From positions 1 to 29,059 of the forward strand of contig NIVC01004995.1 in assembly GCA_002269645.1 (NCBI GenBank): a stretch of DNA of 29,059 nt, given 5' to 3'. How positions within the stretch are numbered: position 1 is the first letter of the stretch; every line of letters begins with the position of its first letter. Positions 1 to 11,599 of the stretch are shown piece after piece. This DNA comes from Macrostomum lignano. Its lineage: Eukaryota. Below the pieces are notes generated by a model. That model was not told the DNA's origin, made no database searches, and was given only the letters and a program-made list of their open reading frames with translations. The position numbers were made by a program, and so were the translations under genes.

Positions 1-338
1 AATAAACCTTACTGGCCTCGGGCAGACAGCCTTGAAAAGCCCAGCAAAAATGCGGGATAGCGCTTTGCAATAAATGACCGCACGCTGAGTTGTACGCTTG
101 CCCAACTATCTAGAGATGAAAACTACATGTATCTAGAGGAAAATGTGTTTCAGTGAACACAGAAAACTGAACGAGTGGGTGGGCCAAAAGATTGCGATGC
201 AATTACATGTATCATTTACATGTACATGCAGTCTTAGTGAGCGCTGCATGATGAATGGGGAAGAAATTTCTAGCAAGATAAGGACGGAGAGGTACAAGTA
301 CGAGCGTACATGTACGGAGAGTGGAAATAGAGAAGAGT

Positions 339-890
339 GGAGAGGGAGAAGGGTGGAGAGGGAGAAGGGTGGAGAGGGAAAAGGGTGGAGAGGGAGAAGG
401 GTGGAGAGGGAGATGGGTGGGAGGGAGATGGGTGGAGAGGGAGAAGGGTGGAGAGGGAGAAGGGTGGGAGGGAGATGGGTGGAGAGGGAGAAGGTTGGAG
501 AGGGAGAAGGGTGGAGAAGGAGAAGGGTGGAGAGGGAGAAGGGTGGAGAGGGAGATGGGTGGAGAGGGAGAAGGGTGGAGAGGGAGATGGGTGGAGAGGG
601 AGAAGGGTGGAGAGGGAGATGGGTGGAGAGGGAGAAGGGTGGAGAGGGAGAAGGGTGGAGAGGAAGAAGGGTGGAGAGGAAGATGGGTGGAGAGGGAGAA
701 GGGTGGAGAGGGAGAAGGGTGGAGAGGGAGAAGGGTGGAGAGGGAGATGGGTGGGAGGAGAAGGGTGGAGAGGAAGAAGGTTGGAGAGGGAGAAGGGTAG
801 AGAAGGAGAAGGGTTGAGAGGGAGATGGGTTGAGAGGGAGAAGGGTGAAGAGGGAGATGGGTGGGAGGATGATGGGAAGGTGGAAAAGGG
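339..890 (+). repeat. Purine/G-rich 16-bp minisatellite (GGAGAGGGAGAAGGGT / GGAGAGGGAGATGGGT)
   Basis: About 30 tandem, partly degenerate copies are visible directly. The overlapping ORFs on both strands (133-976) are translations of this repeat. Confidence 0.95.
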
Positions 891-1460
891 TGGGAAGGAG
901 GTGGATGGTAGTACATGTAAACATACTCGTACTGTTTAGTGGAAGCAATCAATATATTGTTTAGAAATGCCAGCAATTGAATCGAAATACAATCCGGCTA
1001 ATCCGCGGGCTATTGAGGTAATCGGTGGGGATGTTCTGAACTTGCTTCTTGTGTTTCCTTGACAACAGTAAGTCAGTTTTGAGTTTCAATCAATCACTTG
1101 GCCAATGCCAAGAAATCTTGTTGTAATTGTGTCGCAGGCTGCATGTCTGGCATCTGAGTTCAGTGCACACATTTGCCTGGCAACGAGTGCCTTGAGGTGC
1201 TCAAAGATTTTCTTTTAGCTCGTACCCAAAATGCAGTCTGCTTGGAAAGGCGCTCGCCTTAGCAACTAATTGGCAGGCTAGAAAGGCAGACGGTCCCTAA
1301 TTGCTTCTTTTGTTCGTAAAAAATTACCGCGATTGGGAAGCTGTCAATTCTTCAAGTGGAGATCAGACAGCGGCACTGGGGAGTGAAAGGGGTCGACGTG
1401 TGAGGCAGTGAGACAGTGAAATTGCTAGGTAGAGAATGCATGTAGGAGAGAACCGTTATG

Positions 1461-2573
1461 GACTGAGTAGGGACTCGGGAGAGACTGAGCAGAGACTCAG
1501 GACAGACTGAGTAGAGACTCAGGAGAGATTGAGTAGACTCAGGAGAGATTGATTAGACTCAGGAGAAACTGATTAGACTCAGGAGAGATTGAGTAGACTC
1601 AGGAGAGACTGAGCAGAGACTCAGGAGAGATTGAGTAGACTCAGGAGAGATTGAGTAGACTCAGGAGAGACTGAGCAGAGACCCAGGAGACACTGAGCAG
1701 AGACTCAGGAGAGATTGAGTAGACTCAGGAGAGACTGAACAGAGACCCAGGAGACACAGAGCAGAGACTCAGGAGAGACTGAGTAGAGACTCAGGAGAGA
1801 TTGAGTAGACTCAGGAGAGACTGAGCAGAGACTCAGGAGAGATTGAGTAGACTCAGGAGAGACTGAGCAGAGACTCAGGAGAGATTGAGTAGACTCAGGA
1901 GAGATTGATTAGACTCAGGAGAGACTGAGCAGAGACTCAGGAGAGATTGAGTAGACTCAGGAGAGATTGAGTAGACTCAGGAGAGATTGAGTAGACTCAG
2001 GAGAGACTGAGCAGAGACCCAGGAGACACTGAGCAGAGACTCAGGAGAGATTGAGTAGACTCAGGAGAGACTGAACAGAGACCCAGGAGACACAGAGCAG
2101 AGACTCAGGAGAGACTGAGTAGAGACTCAGGAGAGATTGAGTAGACTCAGGAGAGACTGAGCAGAGACTCAGGAGAGATTGAGTAGACTCAGGAGAGACT
2201 GAGCAGAGACTCAGGAGAGATTGAGTAGACTCAGGAGAGATTGATTAGACTCAGGAGAGACTGAGCAGAGACTCAGGAGAGATTGAGTAGACTCAGGAGA
2301 GATTGAGTAGACTCAGGAGAGATTGATTAGACTCAGGAGAGATTGAGTAGACTCAGGAGAGATTGAGTAGACTCAGGAGAGATTGAGTAGACTCAGGAGA
2401 GATTGAGTAGACTCAGGAGAGACTGAGCAGAGACTCAGGAGACACTGAGCAGACTCAGGAGAGATTGATTAGACTCAGGAGAGACTGAGCAGAGACTCAG
2501 GAGAGATTGAGTAGACTCAGGAGAGATTGAGTAGACTCAGGAGAGACTGAGCAGAGACCCAGGAGAGACTGAG
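1461..2573 (+). repeat. Minisatellite of mixed 20-bp (GAGTAGACTCAGGAGAGATT) and 22-bp (GAGCAGAGACTCAGGAGAGACT) units
   Basis: About 50 tandem units. Diagnostic variants (ACCCAGGAGACAC at 1681/2017; GAACAGAG at 1737/2073) recur with a 336-bp period. Confidence 0.95.
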
Positions 2574-4604
2574 ACGAAATCCAAGAGAAACTTAGGAGAA
2601 GCTCAAAGAGACTCAGCAGATATGAATGAATGATAAAATTGAAGCTCGTTAAAGAGAAGCTTAACTAATCCCTGTGGATTGGCGCCAAAGCCAGTTGAGC
2701 TGCAAGTGACAAACTCCCGTTTAACGGGAAGCAGAATCCAGCTAATGCCGAGGGGATGCAGTGAAATGGTGTGGTAAAAATCGGATTAAAGGATTACTCT
2801 GAAGTATTTTTTGACGAGCCGGACTCGAGCTCAATAAAAATTCACTTTTATAATCTCGGAAGAAAAGGGAAATCGATTGAAGATATCAATTGGCAAGCAA
2901 TGTGTAATGAGGTGGCCCATGAACTGATGCTCACTCTCACCTTGCCATCTGCCGGTGGTTAACAATGTCATTTATTTGCATCTTCAGAGCAGGCTTATCT
3001 GAAATTTCTTTGGCAGAAAGGAACTGCCCGCATGGTGCGCTGTTGTGATGCATTATGATTAAGCGGCAGTGGGACATGCATAATTCATGCCAAATAATGC
3101 ACACATTACAGCAAACTGGGGAGGTCTATGGGAGCTCCCCATCTCCATCGGCTCTCCTGGGGGAGGCAGAAGATGGCTATGAAGTCTAAAAGCCTTCATG
3201 AATTAGTGCATGCGTACAGACACTCAACCAGACACTCAAGCGACGGGGAGACCCCAATAGAACTGAGTCAAAGTCACCGGGTTGCGATTGAAATTTTCAG
3301 CATTTTCAAATACATCGGATGACCAGACAGTGGCTGGTTCCATGTAATCCGCCTTGCTGAACTTCAATTCCAGGGAGCAACATAGCTAGCTGCTGGTGAC
3401 ACAAGCACCAGAAGACCTTCCTAGAGGCTCTCCTAGAGCCTGTCGTCCAGGGCCTAGCGTAATGATTTCATTGGAGCAAACTCTGAGATTTTGTTCGTAA
3501 ATTATACCATACTTATTATTACATGTACATGCAGTTTTTCAGATTCCTTTGAAAGACAAAGGCGACAAGGGCACATCTCGACAGTGCAGCTGTATTATTT
3601 TCTCAAGGCACTCAGATGCTTACAGTGTTGATCTGTCCCTTCAACTTGAGCGATACAAGAGTTGACAAAGAAGCTACAACATACCGTGTAGTCTTTTTGG
3701 CTGAGCAGAGAGGAAAGAATAAACATGAAATTAGACACTGCGCATCTCAGCTAGGAATAGCACAGAATTCAGTCAATTCCTTGGCCAACTGATATGCTGT
3801 TTATGTTTCCATCTCCGGTATCTGGCTTCTACGTGCATCAGGCATGGGTATCAAGGTCCCAACTGATGAGAAAGTATTGCAGATAATGAGGCATGCTCAA
3901 TACAGGTAGCATATCATACATACCCTGCGGCGACAAAACTTTTATTGACTTTCTGAAAACAGTCGATCTGCTGAGCTCAGACAGGCTGGAAACGTTTTTT
4001 TGACTCGCTTTTGAATGCTCGAACTGACTGACACCTGGGGATAAAAGGCCACAAAGGGCTGACTCAAAGGGGTGAGTCAAAGCAGGTGTTTTCAGGTATA
4101 GGGGGATAAGAAGGACTTTGCAGCCTCACCAATCTGCAACATCGAATGCACAGAGAGGAGGACAAAGGATGCTGGAGAAGCTGGAGGTGAGTCGGGGGAA
4201 ATTCTCCCCTTGGCTAGCGGTAAACACACGGGAATTCGATGAGTGCACGCAGGCCGCCTTTCCTCGGCTTTGAGAGCGGCAGGCTCTGCCCTCCCCGAGC
4301 ATAGGCTCCAGTCGCAATCGATCTGAAAATGTCCCTAAAGACTGACAGGGAGAAGAAGGGACGCTTCTTCTAGTGGAAATCCCATCTACGCCTCTCTGTT
4401 TCTCTGACGAGGACAAAAGACGGTTTGGCACAATCAAGCCTTGCAGCGTTAGGGAGCTTACGTGCGCTTTGACTCCGCCACAGCCTTCGCCATGATTAGA
4501 AAGACAGGATAATCTCGCCATTATCAAAATTAGTTCCCTCTGCTTCTCCTTCGTTTGATAAGGACGTTTTGTTAGGCTTGTTTAGCTAATTTTTCGTCTA
4601 AATT

Positions 4605-4922
<318 letters not shown>

Positions 4923-5473
4923 CATGCATACATAAATACATACATACATACATACATACATGCATACATACATACATGCATACATACATACATACATACA
5001 TATATACATACATACATACATACATACATGCATACATACATACATACATGCATACATACATACATACATACATACATACATACATACATACATACATACA
5101 TACATGCATACATACATACATGCATACATACATACATACATACATGCATACGCTCGTACATACATGCATACATACATACATGCATACATACATACATACG
5201 AGTACATACATACATACGTACATACATACATACATACATGCATACATACATACATACATACATACATACATGCATACATACATACATACATACGAGTACA
5301 TACATACATACGTACATACATACATACATACATGCATACATACATACATACATACATACATACATACATACATGCATACATACATACATACATACGAGTA
5401 CATACATACATACGTACATACATACATACATACATGCATACATACATGCATACATATGTAGGTAGGTAGGTAC
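4923..5473 (+). repeat. (CATA)n microsatellite with CATG/CGAGTA variants, ending in a short (GTAG)n
   Basis: Directly abuts the GATA array. The variant block CATACGAGTACATACATACATACGTA recurs three times (~5195, ~5290, ~5390). Confidence 0.97.
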
Positions 5474-6425
5474 GAGTAGTAAGTGGAAGTCTGGAGTCTG
5501 TTAACCCCGAAATCCCACAGTCAGAAAGTGAGAGAGCGTGGAGTTTCTTCTCTCCGCTTCTCACTGTCGAAGCGGTGGCTTTTGATCTGTGCCTCAGAAA
5601 AAGTGTCCCATTCAGCGCTAAATTTAGCAGCTCTGCAATCCACCCGGGCGGTCATCAGGGTGATGAATAGCGGAAATGAGTTCACACTGCTTCTGCGATT
5701 CCTGCCAGAATTGCTGGCGGCAGCATTGATAAAGAGAAGCTCACAGAGACCATCTCTTTCTTTCCGTTCTGTTCCAGCCACGTGCTATTGTATTCTCGAT
5801 CAAGCACTTGCTGGAAATTAGGCGAGTAAACTGAATATTTAGGAGTCGCTGTTGACGGGACAATCCCAATCTATTCTCCGACAGGCTCAGAACAATTTTG
5901 AAAACTCATTCAAGAGACCCAACGGGATCTCTTAGTAAACAAGCGCATACCGGCCTCACCTCAATGTCTACTCGCACAAGCTCTGCTTTGAAGCATTGAA
6001 ATGTCAGTCTTAAGTCAGCTGTAGATCCATCAAAGGGAACAGGGGCCTTTGTGTTTGTTCCTTTCTATTCTTCGTTGGCTCGTATTACTTGCGTAATAAT
6101 TACCAAACCTGATTTATGTCTAAACTCGTTTATACTTCTCTGAGTTGGACTCAGCGACAGGTATGTTTACTGTGATTCCTCTATACATGTAGGCTTTTCT
6201 GCTATTGAGCGCAAGATTTTTTTGTAGGCTTCACATTCCTGAGTGCGTGAGGTTCAAGGCACAAAAATAATTCCTCTATTCAGTTCAGCTACGCTTCTGC
6301 AAGTTTGAAACGGAATACAATTACCAGCGCATCTCCTGGACAAATCGATCTTGTGTACTCAGCTCCCTGCAGTCATTGTCGCTAACCCCACGGATTGATT
6401 GGCCAGCCCCATTTCACCCTATTGA

Positions 6426-9400
6426 ACTCGGCCTTTAGCCAGTGCACCAAGCTCAAGCATAGTAAGAGGGAGCGAGACAGAGAGTAGACAAGCGGAGATC
6501 GCCAGGACCCTCCCTTCTCCCAGCTGGCTCTCAGTGAGTCGCCAGGTCGCAGCCATTCTGAGCGTACCTTTGCTAAGGGGCCACGACGAGAGCGGTCCCC
6601 AGGCGCCGGGCCTGCAAACCGGCTCAGCTATTTTCAGAGACCGCACCCGCGGCTCCTCCGTCTCCGGATTGCCATCTGCGTCCTCGCCGGGGTCTGCAGC
6701 GCTCGGCGGACGGCCCGGTCGGTCGTGGTCGGCCGCAGTCGGCGGAAGCAGCGGAATCGGTGGCGGTGGAGTCGGCGAAGAGGACTGGGAGGTGCGGATC
6801 GGTCGACCAAAGGATCAGTCGGTGGGATTCTTTGCCGCCAACGAGAGCAGCCTCGGGGGCGCCGGTGGTGGAGGCGGTGGCTTTGATGACAGCGACGAAG
6901 AAGAACGCTTGGTGAAGGCAAGTGCTTGTACATGTACTGCTTTACTATTCCTTGGAGTCGATTTAGTGCATGCGAGTTAAACGACTATTCCAAATGCTCA
7001 TATGTAAGTGTGGATTTTCCAAACCATTTCCTGGGATATCATTATTATGCTGTACATAGATGTTGATACTTCCTATAGCTTACATTGCATACATGAGTCT
7101 TAAGTATTGTAACAGTTTATGTAAATTGACGTCATTTGCTGTACAGTCAGCACTCCGATGCAAAAAATACGCTACATATGTGCTTTTTAAAGAAGCTTTC
7201 TGTATTAGTCTTGGAATACACACACAAGGAGCACTGTAGTGCATTACAGGATGTAAAACTCAATGATCGAGTAATTTTTTGAAGGCCACTTTCTTGGAAA
7301 AATACACTGTGGAGATAGGAAAAAATTATCTTCACATAATCTCTTATTGAGTTATACCACAGTGGTCTTTGTCAGTTGTCGCAAGACCAGGTTTCTTCGG
7401 GTAGGTACAGTAGTATAGCTTGTCATGTTCCTCGCAACTGGCTCACTACTTCATCCGCCCTTACGTTCTTCAGCGCCAGGTGTACATCTGCGTAGTATTC
7501 ATGAAGATCGGCGAGATAGACACCATCAAGGAGCAGTTCGCAGCGGATGTTCTAATCAAGGCCAAGTGGCGGGAGCCCGACCTGGACCACAAAAACATCC
7601 AACAGGGCAGGCTGGTGAGAAGCGAGCCTTTCTTCGAAAATCTTAGTACAGAACACAGTAAAGTTGAAGCGCAAGAGGTGCAAAAGTAGTCTTCAAAATG
7701 AAACGCTTCCCAGTTGAACTTTCCTAAAAATACTATTTTATTTGAGTCAAAACGATTTTTACTCAGTTCAACCTGCGGATGCCTTCTAGCCTAGCTAGAC
7801 GCTTTTTTTCCCAATCCCAATCCTAATCTCGAAATCCGAAAAATCTACAGAGCTACACACCAAATTAGGCCATGATTAGTCAGGATGGAATATGCTATGA
7901 AATGGCATAAATCGATCAGATTTCCATTTCTGACACACAAGTCGCTGGGATCGCCTCGACTAAAATCGCAAATCACGCAATCTAATTTGGCTTTGCGTGC
8001 AGCAAAGCCAATTTTCAGAGCTGCCGTGGGTGAGGCGAAATTATAACAAAAAATTCGCGTAAACAGTTTCTAATCGATAAACTCTCGCTGGTTGCATAGC
8101 TTATAAGCTTTAAATGAATTTATTCAATCAGACAGTGGTAAAAAATTTTTACTTTGAATTTCAACATCATATACTGTTCTCAACATTCTAGGACTACGAC
8201 TGGTCAAAAAGTTGGACCCCGAAGCTGTACATTGAGAACACTATCGGAGAAGGCAAGGAGCAGGTCTACCAGATGATTTCATTCAATGAAGTTGGTCACG
8301 CCTTCCTATTTGAAAAGCGGCGCGTCTCGGGTGTTTTCCTGGAAAATCTGGAGCTCAACCACTTCCCGTTTGATGTTCAGGTAAATGCATGAAGCCAGCA
8401 CGATGGCTTGTTGGCCGAATAAGAGCTTTTGCATGAAATCGACGGGATCGTTATCTCTCTGAAAGGCTGTGCGACTTTTTAAAATCTGCTCACACGCCTA
8501 CTCGGGGAGTATCCTAATATTTGCGAGGCAAACGCACGAGTCCGTGTGTTCTTAAGACGTTCTGTGCCCTGTTTCTGTGAAGGTGGATATAAAAGATGCG
8601 ATGAATCCGTGTACCCATTACCCTCCCATTGGCATGATATCCGGGCTGGATGCTGCCTAGATGGAATGCTAGCTGAGTGAGCAGCAGAGTACTCCAACCC
8701 TCAAGTAAAAGAGCAGATGAGAAGTGGCATTAGCAACCTTACATGTATTTCTGGCAAGAACAACTAGAGATGGATAGTGGACAGTGGAAATGCATTTCTT
8801 AGGTTCATTGTATGCATTTAAATTCAATGTGACACAAAATTTGCGCAAATAGAATAGAAAATGAGCTTTCACTACAGTTATAGACAAAAATCATGCTGAC
8901 CTACTTAAAGTATAATCAGTAGTTTTTTATATCTTCAAGGACCTGACAATAACGGTGGCATCAAATCTGTCCTCAGCCGAGATTCGCCTGGTCAACGATC
9001 CCGACGAGCCCCACCGGATTAACAAACAGTCGTTTGTTGGTGAGGAATTAAAACTCAATGAATTAATTCTTCGTTGACTTCCGCTATAAAAAGCCGCTGA
9101 AATTGAATAGTTAGCATTATAATTTCTGTTTGAAATTTACAACTAAGGATATAAACCAGATAAACCCGGAAATTTTTTTGACTACGAACGAAATATTCAT
9201 CAGTCTTTTAAAAATTCCACTAAGGTCTAACAAAGCTAAAAAACACTGAACTTCTCTAATCAACGCCTTAGACGAACAGGAGTGGTTTTTGTACAAGCAC
9301 ATCGACACGGAGCAGCGAGAGCTGGCCTGCGAGTACGCGGACCAGAGCTCCACCCGGCCTGCGCTGTCCGTGAAGTGTCGCGCCGCTCGAAGACCAGCTT

Positions 9401-11433
9401 ATTTTATCTGGAATATTTTCCTCGTCACGGTGAGTAGAAGTGCTCCTTCTACTTTTGCTTCAAGTGCTTACCCTCTGACACTACATACAAATTCCATATT
9501 TGTATGAAGTTCAACCACTATTGAGTTCAGACTGAAGAAAATATTGAGTTATTTTACAGGTCCATTTTGTTGCGCAAAAAGTGTAAGCCCACAACTGTTC
9601 GATATGTTTTTATTTAATTATATTGCTTGATACTTTTCAATCCATTAACTTCGTTAAAATTCAGTGATGAAAATGAAAAGTTTCGTGTCGCTTATTCATT
9701 TGCAACTGAAACGTACCTGTCATCATTAAATTTTGCTTGATTCGGAGTAGGACTCACATGTTAATTGGCAAGCTCGTATACCACAATACAACTACTACAA
9801 TTGTTGCCAAACTTACCTTACCAATGCCTTCTATCAACGCCAACAGTTCCTCATCTGCTCCTTGTCGTTGGTAACCTTCGCAGTGAAGAGGGACCTGCCG
9901 CAGAACCGATTGCAGCTGACGTTCACATTGGTGCTCACGCTGGTAGCATTCAAGTTTGTGGTGAACCAATGCTTGCCAAAGATTTCTTATCTCACGTATC
10001 TGGTAAGTTTTTTCGTGCACAGATAGCTCATAGCATCTAACAAGCTTTGAGATACGTGTTACATTATTGTGTGAAGCTTGGTGCAATTGTATTGTTGTAT
10101 AATATAATAATAATTGATTATACCTGCCCTAATGGGCACATGTGCAACCGACAACTCAGCCGCAGCTATTGCGCGGCGCATCTAAGGCTACACACGGCTG
10201 TTCAGTGCAAGTACTGGGGGGTCGCCACACACCCTCAATTACCCCAGCTAATGCTGGCACCCATTTTATAACTGGGTGAACTGAAGCAATGCATGCAGAG
10301 TTACAGGTAAGTGTCTTGCTTGAGGGCACAAATTGTTTCGAGGGGATCGAGAATCGAACCCCCGACCTTTTAGTCGTGAGCCCGATGCTCTAAAACCCCT
10401 CATGTTGCATAAAATGTGAATGTTGTGCTACGATTATTGCAAGTACAAGCCTTATAGGAAATGTCAATAGCAACAGAAAGCAATTTAAAACTGCAGGACA
10501 AGTACGTGATCAGCAGCCTGTTCATTCTGACGCTAATCTGTCTGTGGCACGGCCTAATTGTGGTCATTGACAAGATCATCCTCGAACAGTTTGGCATGGT
10601 GTGGGACAGTCTGGAAACTTACGTAATCATTGGCATGGCATTCAGCTATGTGGCCTACAACGTTGGCTTTGTCATCATGATTTTTTGCGTGGTAAGCTCG
10701 CACGGTGGAGCGGTCTTGTCACTGGAATGTACTAAGTAAAATAGAATAATGTGCTCAAAGCTGGAAGCCTAAAAATACTACCTAAATAAAGTCGTTCGTT
10801 TAAATTCGATGAAAAACAATATAACACTTTACAGGCCTGCAAGAGGCGACGAATAATGAAGCAGAAGGACAAGGAATACACGGTGAGCAAGCCTCAATAC
10901 GATATTGCACCTACCAGCGCCTAAAGTGCTAAGTTGGGCAGCTTTTACGAGCGTAACTTTTTAAAAGACAAACTCTGTCAATTTTACAATTTTACAGTCG
11001 TCCTCTTTTACAATCTAAATTTGCCCTCATAGTTTAGCACAAACAATACAATAGTTTTGCATAAAAATGTTTAATGATTTAACTTTGTACTCGTAATTAA
11101 TGTCTACTTCCTCCATATCCGGTTTGATCGCAAGAGGCTCCAATGCAGAAGTTCCGATTAAACGGTCCCCAGCTTGCTAACTCGTAGCTTGCTGGTTATA
11201 ATGCAGAGAAGATATTCTCCCTTTTTATATCGCTTTAAGCACCAGGTGAAGACTTTTCAGCGCTATCAAAAAGTAATGTAGACTCGCAATAGCTAACAAA
11301 ACTATATTTTCAGGAGCGAGTGAAAATGCAGGTGCGGTCCAAGGGAATGCGAACTAAACGGATGCTACAACAGACTCAGCTGCTACACGAGGACAAGGAG
11401 AATGGGCAGTCCACGGCGGTTGCGTTCATTTGA
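6426..11433 (+). CDS. Pentameric ligand-gated ion channel subunit, Cys-less (Pro-loop) type; multi-exon; 5' end unresolved
   Basis: Phase-consistent exons: [open frame from 6426, true start unknown]-6917 (or 6911), 7474-7614, 8192-8380, 8940-9039, 9272-9429, 9847-10002, 10497-10691, 10835-10882, 11314-11433 (TGA). Motifs: EIDTIKEQFAADVLIKAKWREP (beta1-2), WTPKLYIEN (loop A), ELNHFPFDVQDL (Pro-loop), pre-M1 ARRPAY, four hydrophobic helices, M2-M3 LPKISYLTYLDKY. Exons 7474-11433 give 368 aa. Confidence 0.9.
10100..10400 (-). mobile_element. tRNA-derived CORE-type SINE in an intron of the channel gene
   Basis: The minus strand reads a degenerate A-box (TTTTAGAGCATCGG), then B-box GGTTCGATTC (10360-10351), then a CORE-like segment GTGCCCTCAAGCAAGACACTTACC...CAGTTCACCCAGTTATAAAATGGGTGCC, and ends in an (ATT)n-like tail near 10105-10115. 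Confidence 0.7.
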
Positions 11434-11599
11434 GTTCGACGAAATGACTGCTGTGGTATTCATGTCTGACTTGAGAAATTGTGACAAGAGCTGCGCGATC
11501 ATGCAATGTACGAGGAACAATTACCCATAGTTCAATCAGTTTCGGCAAATGGGTGTCTTAACAGCGGGAAGGATTTCTCCATAGCTACAAACCGCAAAA

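Noticed and set aside
133-976. Five long ORFs (159-271 aa) on both strands
   Set aside because: They are translations of the 16-bp minisatellite, open in several frames at once and with no domain content.
2860-2880. LGRKGKS as a P-loop
   Set aside because: It does not fit [AG]x4GK[ST] spacing, and there is no Walker B context.
5830-5960. TEYLGVAVDG resembling the post-YxDD motif of DIRS/gypsy reverse transcriptases
   Set aside because: There is no upstream YxDD or other RT block in any frame I read, and the match is too short to support a call.
8391-8740. Possible second SINE in a channel intron
   Set aside because: It is GC-richer with a vaguely tRNA-like start, but I found no recognisable B-box, tail or TSD.
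9754-10086. Antisense and alternative-frame ORFs over channel, lipase and 14-3-3 exons (e.g. 9754..10086, 15042..15299, 20622..20867)
   Set aside because: They are shadows of real GC-rich coding exons, with no independent motifs.
10340-10400. tRNA gene on the minus strand
   Set aside because: The A-box and acceptor stem are degenerate and it runs straight into a CORE-like body, so it is a SINE head.
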